Assembly: GCA_963765765.1 (NCBI GenBank)
Contig: CAVXYC010000027.1
Span: forward strand, 1-64,000
DNA: 64,000 nucleotides
Direction: 5' to 3'
Origin: an uncultured Chloroflexia bacterium
GTDB taxonomy: Bacteria > Chloroflexota > UBA6077 > JACCZL01
Part shown: positions 42,491 through 52,176 of the stretch, one piece after another
Layout: every line of letters starts with the position of its first letter
How positions within the stretch are numbered: position 1 is the first letter of the stretch
Program-made: the position numbers and the translations under genes
The notes under the pieces: generated by a model
The model's input: the letters and a program-made list of their open reading frames with translations, nothing else
What the model was told of the DNA's origin: nothing
Database searches by the model: none

Positions 42491-43491
42491 TGGATCAGCT
42501 CGGTCGCCTCGGCCAGGATCGACTGAGGGATCGTCAGACCCAGCACCTGGGCGGTCGTGAGGTTGATCACCAGATCAAATTTCTCCGGCCGCTCCACCGG
42601 TAGCTCCGCTGGATTGGCGCCCTTCAGAATCTTGTCCACATAGATCGCAGCGCGTCGCTCCTGGGCGGGGCGATTTGCCCCGTAGGCGATCAGTCCGCCG
42701 GCCGCCACAAATTGAGGAGTTGACATCATCGGCAACCGATGCGCACGCGCCAGTCCGCCGACACGCGCCACGTTGCTATTCAGCACGAGATTGTCCAGCA
42801 GGGTGAGCGCATCCACTCGCTCCTGCACCGCACGCTCGAACGCGCCCTCGATGTCGGCGGGCTCACGCACCTCCAGCGGCACCAGCGTCAGCCCCAGGCG
42901 GCCAGCCGCGGTTTCCGCTATCTGCAGCTCGCCGGCCTGGTTGTCAGGGTGCCAGATAACACCCACGCGTGACACCGACGGAAGTGTCGTTCGCAGGACT
43001 TCCAACCGCTTCCCAATCAGCTCGCGGGCGATGCTGGTCTGTCCGGTGACGTTTCCTCCTGGCCGCGCAAGACTGGCCACAAAACCGTCCTCCATCGGCA
43101 TGCCGGTCTGTGCCATCACGATGGGGATGGTGCTGGTGGCACGCATCGACTCCCGGATAGGGCCGGCCCCGGAGGCCACCAGCACGTCGACGGGCATGCC
43201 CACGAGCGCGGCGGCCAGCTCGGGGAGGCGATCGACCTGCCCATCGGCGGGTCGCCGCCACTCCACGGTGATCGTGCTGCCCTCGACGTAACCCAGCTCT
43301 GCCAGGCCCTCCCGAAAGGCGTCGGCCCATTCCTGTCCGCCAGCCCACAGGTAGCCGATACGAGGTGTCCGAACCGCCTGCTGCGACCGTGGCGATAACA
43401 GCCCGCAGCCGGCCAGCAGACCCAGGCCGGCCGCCGACAGGCCACCCCCGAGGAAGCGGCGACGCGTCCTGGAGTGTCCGAGTCGCGTCAT
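42487..43491 (-). CDS. COG2984/ABC_sub_bind-type substrate-binding Tat lipoprotein (copy A, intact)
   Basis: TRRRFL..LLAGC, RIGYL, TSTIPIV, VASLARPGGNVTG, YVDKILKGANPAELPVERPEKFDLVINL, ATELIQ. Confidence 0.93.
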   Translation of the reverse strand: MTRLGHSRTRRRFLGGGLSAAGLGLLAGCGLLSPRSQQAVRTPRIGYLWAGGQEWADAFREGLAELGYVEGSTITVEWRRPADGQVDRLPELAAALVGMPVDVLVASGAGPIRESMRATSTIPIVMAQTGMPMEDGFVASLARPGGNVTGQTSIARELIGKRLEVLRTTLPSVSRVGVIWHPDNQAGELQIAETAAGRLGLTLVPLEVREPADIEGAFERAVQERVDALTLLDNLVLNSNVARVGGLARAHRLPMMSTPQFVAAGGLIAYGANRPAQERRAAIYVDKILKGANPAELPVERPEKFDLVINLTTAQVLGLTIPQSILAEATELIQ

Positions 43492-43786
43492 TTGGCGCTA
43501 GTGTACGCCCGCGGGACTAACGGCGCTATGGATTGGTCTTCTGCGAAGAAGGCACCAGCAACGCCGATGGCCGATTGCACACTGCTGATGGAAGGCAGCG
43601 TATGCAGAAGCTACTGGGCAAATCGCAGAGTTGACAGCCAGACCGACCGCTGCCACACTGGCACGCAACGTCGACTGACGGCGCATCTGCCAGGAGCACG
43701 ATGCCAGGGTTGACTCAGCCATTCGTCCGTAAACATCAACCGCTGCGCGCGAAGCCCCATGGATGCTTCAAGAAAGGATCGTCGAA

Positions 43787-44979
43787 ATGAGATGCAAGCC
43801 CTCGTCTCTACTGCCGCCTCTCGGCGCCGCTATCCTTCTCCTGGCTGCCTGTGCGCCCCCCGCCGCGCCGGCCCCAAAGGCGCCGGCGGTGGCGCCAACC
43901 AGTCCGGCCAAGTCTGAGGCCGCGCCCGCGAAGCCCACGAGCGCTCCGGCTCAGCCGAAGAGTGAGCCGACCCCCGAGCAGCCCGTAGCGACGAACTCCT
44001 CGCGCGCGCTCGCCGATGCGAAGGGAAAGTACTACGAGGCGGCTAAGCAGGAGGGAAAGCTGGTGGTGTACGGGACCACCCTGTCGCCGGCGCTCTTTGA
44101 CCCGGTAAAGGAAGCCTTCAACAATCTCTTTCCCGGCATCGACATCCGAGCAGAGGAGCAGACCGGAAATATCAGCCGCGAGAAGATCATCGCCGAGCAG
44201 CTCGCCAAGAGCTACGTTGTGGATATCGCATTCACCGGGTTCTCCACCACGCGCGACCTGATCGACGCCGGCCTCGTGGTGCCCTACGAGTCGCCGCAGG
44301 CGTCGGCCCTCATTCCCGAGTTCGTGCTGCCCGGCGGCCTGGTCAACCCGCGAAACGCCAGCCTGCTTAGCGTCACCGTCAACACCAACCTGGTACCACC
44401 AGACCAGGAGCCGAAGGTATGGAACGACATCCTCGACCCTAAGTGGAAGGGGAAGCTGGCCACCCAGGACCCGCGCCAGCCGGGCGGGGGTGGTCAAATC
44501 ATCTCCGGCTTGGCCCTGGTCTACGGCTTTGAGTTCCTGCAGCAGCTCAAGACGCAGGAGGTTTTCTTCGGACGGGGCCGGGGCCGCTGTGGAACGGCCT
44601 GATCCGCGGCGAGTACGCCATGTTCCTCTCTGCGAACCATGCGGACGCCGTGTCGCATCGCAAGAGCGGAGCCCCCATAAAGTTCCTGAAGATGCAGGAC
44701 GGCGTGTCGTGGACCTACAACAGCATGCTGAACATTGCAAACCAGCCGCACCCCAACGCCGCGCGGCTGTTCATAGAGTGGGTGCTATCCGAGGAGGGTC
44801 AGCTCGTAATGTCGACCCAGGGATTCGGCGCGGTTCGTAAAGGCGTCCGGGCGGTCGAGCCGGAGGCCAGTATGGACGGCGTGACGTTCCTGCCCCGAGA
44901 CAACACTGCAGAGGCGGACGCGATACTCGGCAACGACCAGGAGCGCTCCGTGCGCTGGGACACTCTCTTCTTCAAGTAG
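43787..44979 (+). CDS. ABC substrate-binding lipoprotein (AfuA/TbpA-like class), frameshifted near 44575
   Basis: LLAAC lipobox, PAK linker, WNDILDPKWKGK, PHPNAARLFIEWVLSEEGQ. Confidence 0.85.
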
Positions 44980-45149
44980 CGCATTTGGCTCGTTGCGGAG
45001 TGGATGCGACCGGTTCGTGGTGCGCCATTCTAAAAAGTCGAAATAGCGTCACGAGAAATAGAGCGGTGCACCTATCGGCACGAACGTCATCATGGTGGTC
45101 AAGCCGATGACGGACGCAAGCGCGCCGCACAGCGCCGGGCCCGATAGAC

Positions 45150-45290
45150 TGTCCGCAGGTAGCCGATAGAAGGTGTCCGAACCGCCTGCTGCGACCGTGG
45201 CGATACCAGCCCGCAGCCGGCCAGCAAGCCAGCCGCCGCCAGACTGCCTCGCAGGAAATCGCGCCTGCGTACGTCGCGGAGCTCAGTCAT
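45150..45290 (-). pseudogene. 5' fragment of a COG2984-type lipoprotein
   Basis: RRRDFLRGSLAAAGLLAGCGLVSPRSQQAVRTPSIGYL, nearly identical to the copy A N-terminus, then unrelated sequence. Confidence 0.8.
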
Positions 45291-45360
45291 TGTGCTAAGC
45301 CTGCTTGCCTTCCTCCCGAGCAGCACGCGTGGGACCGAGATCGCTCCTTGAGCTCCCTAT

Positions 45361-45804
45361 CTAGCGTGCTTCGGCGCCCACGCCGGCTGGCTGGACATCA
45401 CTCGCTATCGAGGCGTAACTGCGGATCTCGACCTGGTTGTTATCGGGATCACGGAATTTGATCGAGATGGCCTCACCACGGGCTCCCCAGTTTCGGTGCG
45501 GGTCTGACTCGAGGGCGATCCCGTGTTTCTTGAGTTCCGCCACGCATGAGTCCATGTCATCATCCGTAGAGAGACAGAAGTGGTTCACATTGGGCGAGCC
45601 ACTCGGCGGCGCCTGACCGTCTTTGACCCTGGCAAGATCGATAATGGTGGTCTCATTCAGGCGGACCGAGGGAAATCCGTTCTTCCCGGCGCGCCACGAC
45701 TCCACCCGCTCAGGGGACAGTCCGAGCACCTCGGTGTAGAACTTGAGTGAGCGCTCGACATCTCGAACGTTAAGGACTAGGTGGTCCATACCGGTTAGGC
45801 GCAT
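45361..45804 (-). CDS. VOC/glyoxalase family protein
   Basis: MDHLVLNVRDVERSLKFY..LGL, NHFCL, FRDPDNNQVEI. GGAGGAG RBS. Confidence 0.92.
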   Translation of the reverse strand: MRLTGMDHLVLNVRDVERSLKFYTEVLGLSPERVESWRAGKNGFPSVRLNETTIIDLARVKDGQAPPSGSPNVNHFCLSTDDDMDSCVAELKKHGIALESDPHRNWGARGEAISIKFRDPDNNQVEIRSYASIASDVQPAGVGAEAR

Positions 45805-45971
45805 TGGACACTCCTCCCGTGAGAATCGCGTCACCATTGTAGCGGCCGGCGGCTGGACAGGCGTTGCCCCTAGCATCATAGATTCTCACCGGAGCGATCC
45901 CAAGCGCGGGAAGCCCGTCTCGCCCACCATCAGTCAATCCGGCTACCCAGACGACGCTTGTTCCCTGTGTT

Positions 45972-45999
45972 TGTTCCGATAACGCCCACTATCGGAAGG
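45972..45999 (+). other. dif/Xer-like recombination site 1 (putative)
   Basis: TGTTCCGATAA-CGCCCA-CTATCGGAAGG (11-6-11). Confidence 0.6.
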
Positions 46000-46160
46000 G
46001 GCACAAACAAGGGAGACGTGAGGAACTTCCCGACGTAGTCCAAGAGCGAGCAGCATCGCGAGGATGATCGGGATGCCGGAGAACTCAAAGAACTTAGGGT
46101 GCTGACGAGTTCCGATACGTTCCGGCAATCATGGGGGCGTCCGGCGCGTTCCGCGCCTAT

Positions 46161-47151
46161 CTACTGGATGACCTCGGTCGCCTGGGCCAGGACCGACTGC
46201 GGGATGGTCAGCCCAAGCCCCTGTGCGGTCTTGAGGTTGATCACGAAGTCGAACGTCGTGGGCTGCTCGACGGGCATATCGGCCGGGTTGGCGCCCTTGA
46301 GGATCCTGTCCACGTAGGCAGCGGCGCGTCGGTAGATCTCGGCGAAGTTCGGCCCGTAGGTCGCGAGCCCGCCCACATCGGTGAACTCGCGATGTTCGTA
46401 GAGCGCGGGCAGCCGATGCTGCGCCGCCAGTTCGACGACCCGAGTAGGGTAACTGAGGGCGGGGCTGCCCGATGGCACCAGCAGCGCGTCGGCGCCCCAG
46501 TCGACCGCCGCCGCGAAGGCGCCGGCGAAATCGTCGGCCGTCCGCGCCGGCAGCAGCCGCACCTGCTGCCCCAGGACCTGGGCCGCCGCCTCGAAGTTCG
46601 CCAGCCGCGGCCCTGTCGCTGGAGTGTCGGGGTTGGCCAGGATGGCGACGCGGGAGGCCGTGGGGACCACCCCCTTCAGCCGCTCCATCCGCTTCATGTC
46701 GGTGCTATCGCCGAGGGTGCTCAAACCGGTGACGTTCCCGCCCGGCCGCGCGAGACTGGCGACCAGGCCGCTCCCGACCGGGTCGGGGACCGCGACGGCA
46801 ACCATGGGGATGGTGCTGGTGGCCTGCTTGGCGGCAAGGCTCGATTGGCCGCCTATCGTCACGAGGACATCGGGCCGCAGGTCGACCAGCTCGCTCGCCA
46901 GCCCGGGAAGACGCTCGTTCTGGCCCTCGGAGAAGCGGTACTCGATGTGGATGTTCTGCCCTGGCTCGTAGCCGTGCTCGCGCAGCCCACGGAGGAAGTC
47001 CTCGCGGATGACGGCGGCCAGGAAGCCGATTCGCGGCATCCTGGCCGTCCCCGTGACTCGGCGCCGACACGACCCCGCAGCCGGCGAGCAGGCCGAGGCC
47101 GGTGAGGCCGAGGCCAGCGCGCAGGAAGTCGCGACGACTCCACGGGTCCAT
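46161..47151 (-). CDS. COG2984-type Tat lipoprotein (copy B), frameshift near 47060
   Basis: MDPWSRRDFLR..LLAGC in one frame; RIGFL..SLARPGGNVTG..YVDRILKGANPADMPVEQP..ATEVIQ in another. Confidence 0.88.
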
Positions 47152-47291
47152 GGCAGCCAGTATAGACCTGGCCCGCTTAGCCGACAATCGAACCATTCAC
47201 CCACCGCGGTCGGCGATCGGCCAGACAACGGAGCCAATCCAGAGAAGGATCTCTCACGCCCCTCCCGGCGCACGCTCCGCGTTTTGAAAGA

Positions 47292-47320
47292 GGGTCCGAT
47301 AACCCCCCATTATCGGCCCG
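47292..47320 (+). other. dif/Xer-like recombination site 2 (putative)
   Basis: GGGTCCGATAA-CCCCCCA-TTATCGGCCCG; the 7-bp spacer may be a homopolymer miscall. Confidence 0.6.
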
Positions 47321-47376
47321 TCCCTGCCTAGGGTCTCAGCGCAAAGAGGGGAGATTGATCCGAGCGAGCTCACTCG

Positions 47377-48403
47377 CTACTGGATCAGCTCGGTGGCCCG
47401 GAGCAGGACCGACTGGGGGACGGTGATCCCGAGCTCTCGGGCCATCCTGGAGATTCACCACGACCGGAAGCGTGGTCGGCAGCTCGATCGGCAGGTCGCC
47501 CGGTCTAGCGCCTTTGAGGATCCGGTCGACGTAATAGGCCGCCCGCCGGGCGAGCCCGGGCGAGTCAATGCCGTGTGCCAGCAGGCCGCCGTTGGCGGCG
47601 AAGAGCCGATTCTCCGCCACAGCCGGCAGCCCGGACTTCAACACCGCGCCGCCGATGCGGGGATCGGTCCCCCCACCGATGACGCCGCCCGGACAGCACG
47701 ACAGAGACCGCTCCGCCCCCCCGCCCTGGCCGTCGACGAGCACCGCCGAGAAGCTGGTCGAGGTGGGGCATCTCATACCAGCGCGAGCTGGAAGCCCCAG
47801 AGGATTGGGCGGCGCGCTCCACCTCTCGAGTTGCCCCTGCTGGGCGGTCGGGTTCCCGGCCCGATCCTCGCACTGCCGCCAGGCGGGAGATGCGTGGGCA
47901 CGGTCTCATGGAGCAGCTCGACCCACTTGCCGAGCGTTTCACCGGCGTTCGTCGCCACGCCGGTGATGTTGCCCTCGGGGCGGGCCATGTTTTTCACCGA
48001 GCCCGTTTCCTACGACGTTCGTACCGGCGGTCACGATCGGAATGGTCGAGGTCGCCCGGCTGGCGGCGACGGACCGCGGGGCTGCCCGCTGACGACGATG
48101 ACCTCGACCGGCAGAGCCGACCAGCTCGGCCGCCAGGGCCGGAAGGCGCTCGAAGTCCAGTTCGGCGTCGCGGCGCTCGATCAGGACGTGCTGGCCCTCG
48201 ACGTAGCCGAGGTCCGCGGAGCCCCTCGTGGAACGCATCGAAGTAGACCTCTGGGGGTTAGCGCCGGAGGTCCAGGTAACCGATGCGGCGCGGGCGCCGG
48301 CGCCCGGCCCTGCGATGGGAGCACCCCGCAGCCGGCGCAGCAGGCCGAGGCTGGTCAGGCCCAGGCTGGCACGCAGGAAGTCTCGACGATTCCACGGGTC
48401 CAT
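47377..48403 (-). pseudogene. COG2984-type Tat lipoprotein (copy C), multiple frameshifts
   Basis: MDPWNRRDFLR, LGYVEGQ, TSTIPIV, ARPEGNITG, YVDRILKGARPGDLPIELP, ATELIQ across several frames. Confidence 0.82.
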
Positions 48404-48542
48404 GACAGCCAGTATAGACCTGGCGGCCTTAGCCCACAATCGAACCATTCACCATATCCCCAGCCGCCGATGCATGCCCCTCGAGCAGCGGGCTGAGGAC
48501 CTCTACCGGTGCGACCCCACCGTATTTGCAGGGCGCTTCCGG

Positions 48543-48705
48543 GTCGACCGGACCGCCGCGTCGTTCGACGCCTTCGTGTACCTGGCCGTGATCGTCATCT
48601 GCATCCGGAGAGCCATGCGTGCCCAAGCATCGGGCATCGAGGATGATTGTTTACCGCCAAGGCCTAGCGCGCACGGTCAGGCCCCGGATAGTTTGAAACA
48701 GGGTC
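48543..48705 (+). mobile_element. Possible IS5-family remnant (transposase C-terminus plus right end)
   Basis: DRTAASFDAFVYLAVIVICIRR resembles IS5-family transposase tails; followed by the terminal-IR-like TTTGAAACAGGGTC. Confidence 0.5.
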
Positions 48706-48728
48706 CGATAACCCCCATTGTCAGAACC
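48701..48728 (+). other. dif/Xer-like recombination site 3 (putative)
   Basis: GGGTCCGATAA-CCCCCA-TTGTCAGAACC (11-6-11). Confidence 0.6.
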
Positions 48729-48924
48729 AGAGGGCCGCGAGCCTGACTACAGAGAGTCACAGTGTTTTGGTTCCAGATAGCCGCCGCGCCTTACACCCGC
48801 CAAAGGAAGGAATCCTGGAGACGGCACGTATATTGGCGAAGTGCACGCGCTGTGGTCGGTCAAACGCGCGCGAGCCCGGGAACCTCTAGCGCCGTCAGCT
48901 TCACGGGCGTACACTAGCGCCATC

Positions 48925-49949
48925 ATGACGCCACTCGGACCATCGAGCACCCGTCGCCGCTTCCTGAGGGGTGGCCTGTCCATGGCCGGCCTCGGTCTGC
49001 TGGCCGGCTGCGGGCTGCTCCCTCCCCAGGCCCCAACGTCCGAGCGGGTGCGCCTGATCGGGGTCCTCGGCGACGCGCCTGGCGGGCGTTGGGACGCGTT
49101 CTTGGATGGACTGCGGGAGCTGGGCTGGGTCGAGGGCCGGAACCTCGCCGTGGAGTCCCGCTGGGCCGAGGGAGACTCCCAACGGTACCGGGCGCTCGCG
49201 ACCGAGCTCGTCGAGCGGAAGGTCGAGCTGATTGTAGTGGGGACGTCGGAGGCCAGCCTCGCCGCCAAGCAGGCGACCGCCACCGTCCCGCTCGTGGCGA
49301 TCCTGGTCAGCGGGGAGGCAATCGAGATCGGGCTCGTCGACAACATCGCGCGGCCCGGCGGGAACATCACTGGGACGGCCGGCATAAGCGGGCCGCAACT
49401 GGTAGGCAAGCAGCTTCAACTCTTGAAGGAAGCGGTCCCGCACGCCTCCCGTGTAGCCGTGCTCCGCCCAGGCAGCGCAGAGGACCTTCGGCTTCGGATG
49501 CGCGCGCGTGCGGGCGCTCCAGGAGGCCGCGCCCGGCCTCGGGGTACACCTTCACGTGGTCGCCATGCCGAACATCAGCGGCCTCGACGACGCGTTCGCG
49601 GCCATGTCCACAGCCGGCGCTGATGCCGTCAAGATTCTCCGCAACCCAGTTCGACTCTGCGTGGGGACGCATCGCCGAGTTAGCGCTCCAGTATCGGCTG
49701 CCGTCGATCGCGGAATATCCGGAGTTCGCTCGGGCGGGAGGCTTGCTGTCCTATGGCTCGAGTCGAGCCGAGGTCTACCGGAGTGCAGCACCGTACGTGG
49801 ACAAAATCCTGCGAGGCGCCCGCCCTGGCGACCTGCCGATGGAGCGGCCCACGGACTTCGACTTCGTGATCAATCTCGGAACAGCGCAGGCCCTGGGGCT
49901 GACCATCCCGCAGTCCATCCTGCCGCAGGCCACCGAAGTCATCCAGTAG
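48925..49949 (+). CDS. COG2984-type Tat lipoprotein (copy D), frameshifts near 49505 and 49640
   Basis: TRRRFLRGG..LLAGC, LGWVEGRN, IARPGGNITG, YVDKILRGARPGDLPMERP, ATEVIQ. Confidence 0.85.
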
Positions 49950-50149
49950 CAGACCGGCGAGCACCCCGGCCGATGGTTCCTTCGAAGCAAGTTCCGGTAA
50001 CCGCATCATCCGCCCTAGTACACGGATGACGGGTGAGGTCGCTCGGAGCGAAGTCCTACGTAGCGCCCGATCGGCCTGCGCGCTATGCTGGGTATTCGTC
50101 GCGGGCTGTGCAGCCGGTGAGCCCGCCCAAGCTCTGAACGGGAGGACCT

Positions 50150-51180
50150 GTGCTGCAGGCCAACATGATGCGCCAGCGGTTTGCACCGACTCGTCGCGCC
50201 TTCCTGCGGGGCGGCCTGGCTGTGGCGGGCCTGGGCCTGCTCTCGGGGTGCGCGGCGGCATCGCCGATCGGCCCGCAGCGTCAGGCGCGGCTACCCCGTA
50301 TCGGCTACCTGTGGAGCGGCGAACAGGAATGGGCCGACGGCTTTCGGGAGGGCCTGGCGGACCTGGGCTACGTTGAGGGCAGGACTATCATCGTCGAGTG
50401 GCGACCCGCCGATGGGCAGGTCGAACGCTCCCCGGGCTGGCCGCCGAGCTGGTGGGCCTGCCCGTCGACGTGCTCGTGGCCTCCGGGGCCAGCCCATCCG
50501 GGCCGCGATGCGCGCCACCAGCACCATCCCGATCGTGATGGCATGAGACGAACGACCCGGTGGACGGAGGGCTTTGTGGCCAGCCTGGCACGGCCGGGAG
50601 GCAACGTCACCGGGCAGACCAGCATCTCCCGCGAGCTGATCTGGGAAGCGGTTGGAAGTTCTGCGAACGGCACTCCCGTCCGTGTCGCGGGTAGGCGTGA
50701 TCTGGAACCCTGATCTCGCCGACCAGGCCGGCGAGGTGCTGGAGGTGGAGGCCGCGGCCGGCCCCCTGGGGCTGGAGCTGTGCCGCTGGAGGTGCGTGAT
50801 TCCGCCGACCTCGAGGGCGCGTTCGAGCGAGCGGTGCATGAGCGGGTGGATGCGCTGTCCCTGGTGGACAATCTCGTGCTGGCGAGCAATGTGGCGCGGG
50901 TCGGCGGGCTGGCGCTCACGCACCGGTTGCCGATGAGCTCGGCCGCTCCGCGATATGGTGGCGGCCGGCGGACTGATCGCCTACGGCGCAAATCGCCCCG
51001 CCCTGTAGCGCCGCGCGGCCAGCTACGTGGACAGGATTCTGAAGGGCGCCAATCCCGCGGAGATGCCAGTGGAGCGGCCGGACGAAATTTGACCTGGTGA
51101 TCAACCTCGGAACGCGCAGGCGCTGGGCTCTGACGATTCCGCCGTCGGTCCTGGCCCAGGCAACCGAGATCATCCAGTAG
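50150..51180 (+). pseudogene. COG2984-type Tat lipoprotein (copy E), several frameshifts and an in-frame TAG at 51006-51008
   Basis: Close paralogue of copy A (RIGYLWSGEQEWADGFREGLA, SLARPGGNVTGQTSISREL), ending ATEIIQ. Confidence 0.82.
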
Positions 51181-51245
51181 GTACTTGGCCCCATCAGCGC
51201 CCAAGCGCCCAGTACGGGGTGGGAGCGAGCTATCCGGACATCACT

Positions 51246-51272
51246 CGTTCCGATAATCCCCATTGCGGAACG
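51246..51272 (+). other. dif/Xer-like recombination site 4 (putative)
   Basis: CGTTCCGATAA-TCCCCA-TTGCGGAACG. Confidence 0.55.
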
Positions 51273-51450
51273 AAGGTTTCAGGCCCTCTGCTCCACGACT
51301 AAATAACGCTTACTGTCAACCCCGCGGCTAATATCATCGCGCACGCTCCGAGAACATGAGTCTCGGTGTATCGTGGGAGAAGGCGAGACGACCGGCCAAT
51401 CGCGTGGTCTGGCCTTTCACTTTGGCACCAACCTGGACGCAGATGAGCAT

Positions 51451-51876
51451 ATGACCCAGACCGACCCCGCGTGGGAAACCTTCTTTCGCAACTATGGCGC
51501 CGATGCTCTGGGAGCCGCGCCAGAGCGGATTGCCGCCTTCTATGCCGAGAGTTTCATCGCCGCTGGGCCTCGAGGCAGCGCGGTTTTCAGGAATGACGAA
51601 CAGTTTATCGATTGGCTGATGCAGTTGCATCAGTTCAACGAGAGCATCGGCATGACCGCGATGATGGTCGTGTCCATCAATGACTCAAAACCGTTGAGCG
51701 GCCGGCACCAGCTCGTAACGGTTGAATGGGGGGCGCGTTTCGAGAAGACAGGTGAACGACTCGTCACCTTTCAGATCAGCTACCTTCTCGAGCGCTCAGG
51801 CGAAGCCTGGAAGATCATCGCGTACATCTCAGAGAAGGATCAGGAAGAAGAGATGCAGGCGCTGGGATTACTCTGA
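51451..51876 (+). CDS. NTF2/SnoaL-like hypothetical protein
   Basis: IAAFYAESFIAAGP, VTVEWGARF, SYLL..WKIIAYIS. Confidence 0.7.
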   Translation: MTQTDPAWETFFRNYGADALGAAPERIAAFYAESFIAAGPRGSAVFRNDEQFIDWLMQLHQFNESIGMTAMMVVSINDSKPLSGRHQLVTVEWGARFEKTGERLVTFQISYLLERSGEAWKIIAYISEKDQEEEMQALGLL

Positions 51877-51923
51877 CGAAGCAGCGACCAGTCCCGGATT
51901 ATTCACCGGCAACCCTCGGCCGC

Positions 51924-52052
51924 CCTGTCATCCTGACGAAGGAAGGATCTGAACGGACATTGGCAACCATCCGACTGAGAGCGCAGCACCGTGTTTCCAA
52001 CGGCGCCGTCCGTCGATGTCCGTTCAGATCCTTCCTTCGTCAGGATGACAGG
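51924..52052. repeat. REP/MITE-like element with a perfect 37-bp inverted repeat
   Basis: CCTGTCATCCTGACGAAGGAAGGATCTGAACGGACAT at 51924-51960 and its exact reverse complement at 52016-52052. Confidence 0.85.
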
Positions 52053-52116
52053 CACTCTGATGCGTAGGGCAGTAACCGGTGGTCGAGCCACATCGCGATT
52101 CAGCATCAGAAACAAG

Positions 52117-52144
52117 AAGCCCGGAGCTCGCTCGCTCCGGGCTT
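52117..52144 (-). terminator. Intrinsic terminator
   Basis: AAGCCCGGAGC / GCTCCGGGCTT stem downstream of amidohydrolase copy 2. Confidence 0.65.
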
Positions 52145-52176
52145 TCGTCCGTAGGGACGCTGAAAGTCCTGAGACG

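Noticed and set aside
43808-48496. Long antisense or alternative-frame ORFs (e.g. 43808-44740, 46131-47105, 47393-48496)
   Set aside because: Shadow ORFs of GC-rich genes on the opposite strand, with no recognisable motifs.
45972-51272. Repeated intergenic sites as a CRISPR array or classical integron attC sites
   Set aside because: Spacing is gene-sized, there are no cas or intI genes, and I found no RYYYAAC/GTTRRRY core boxes.
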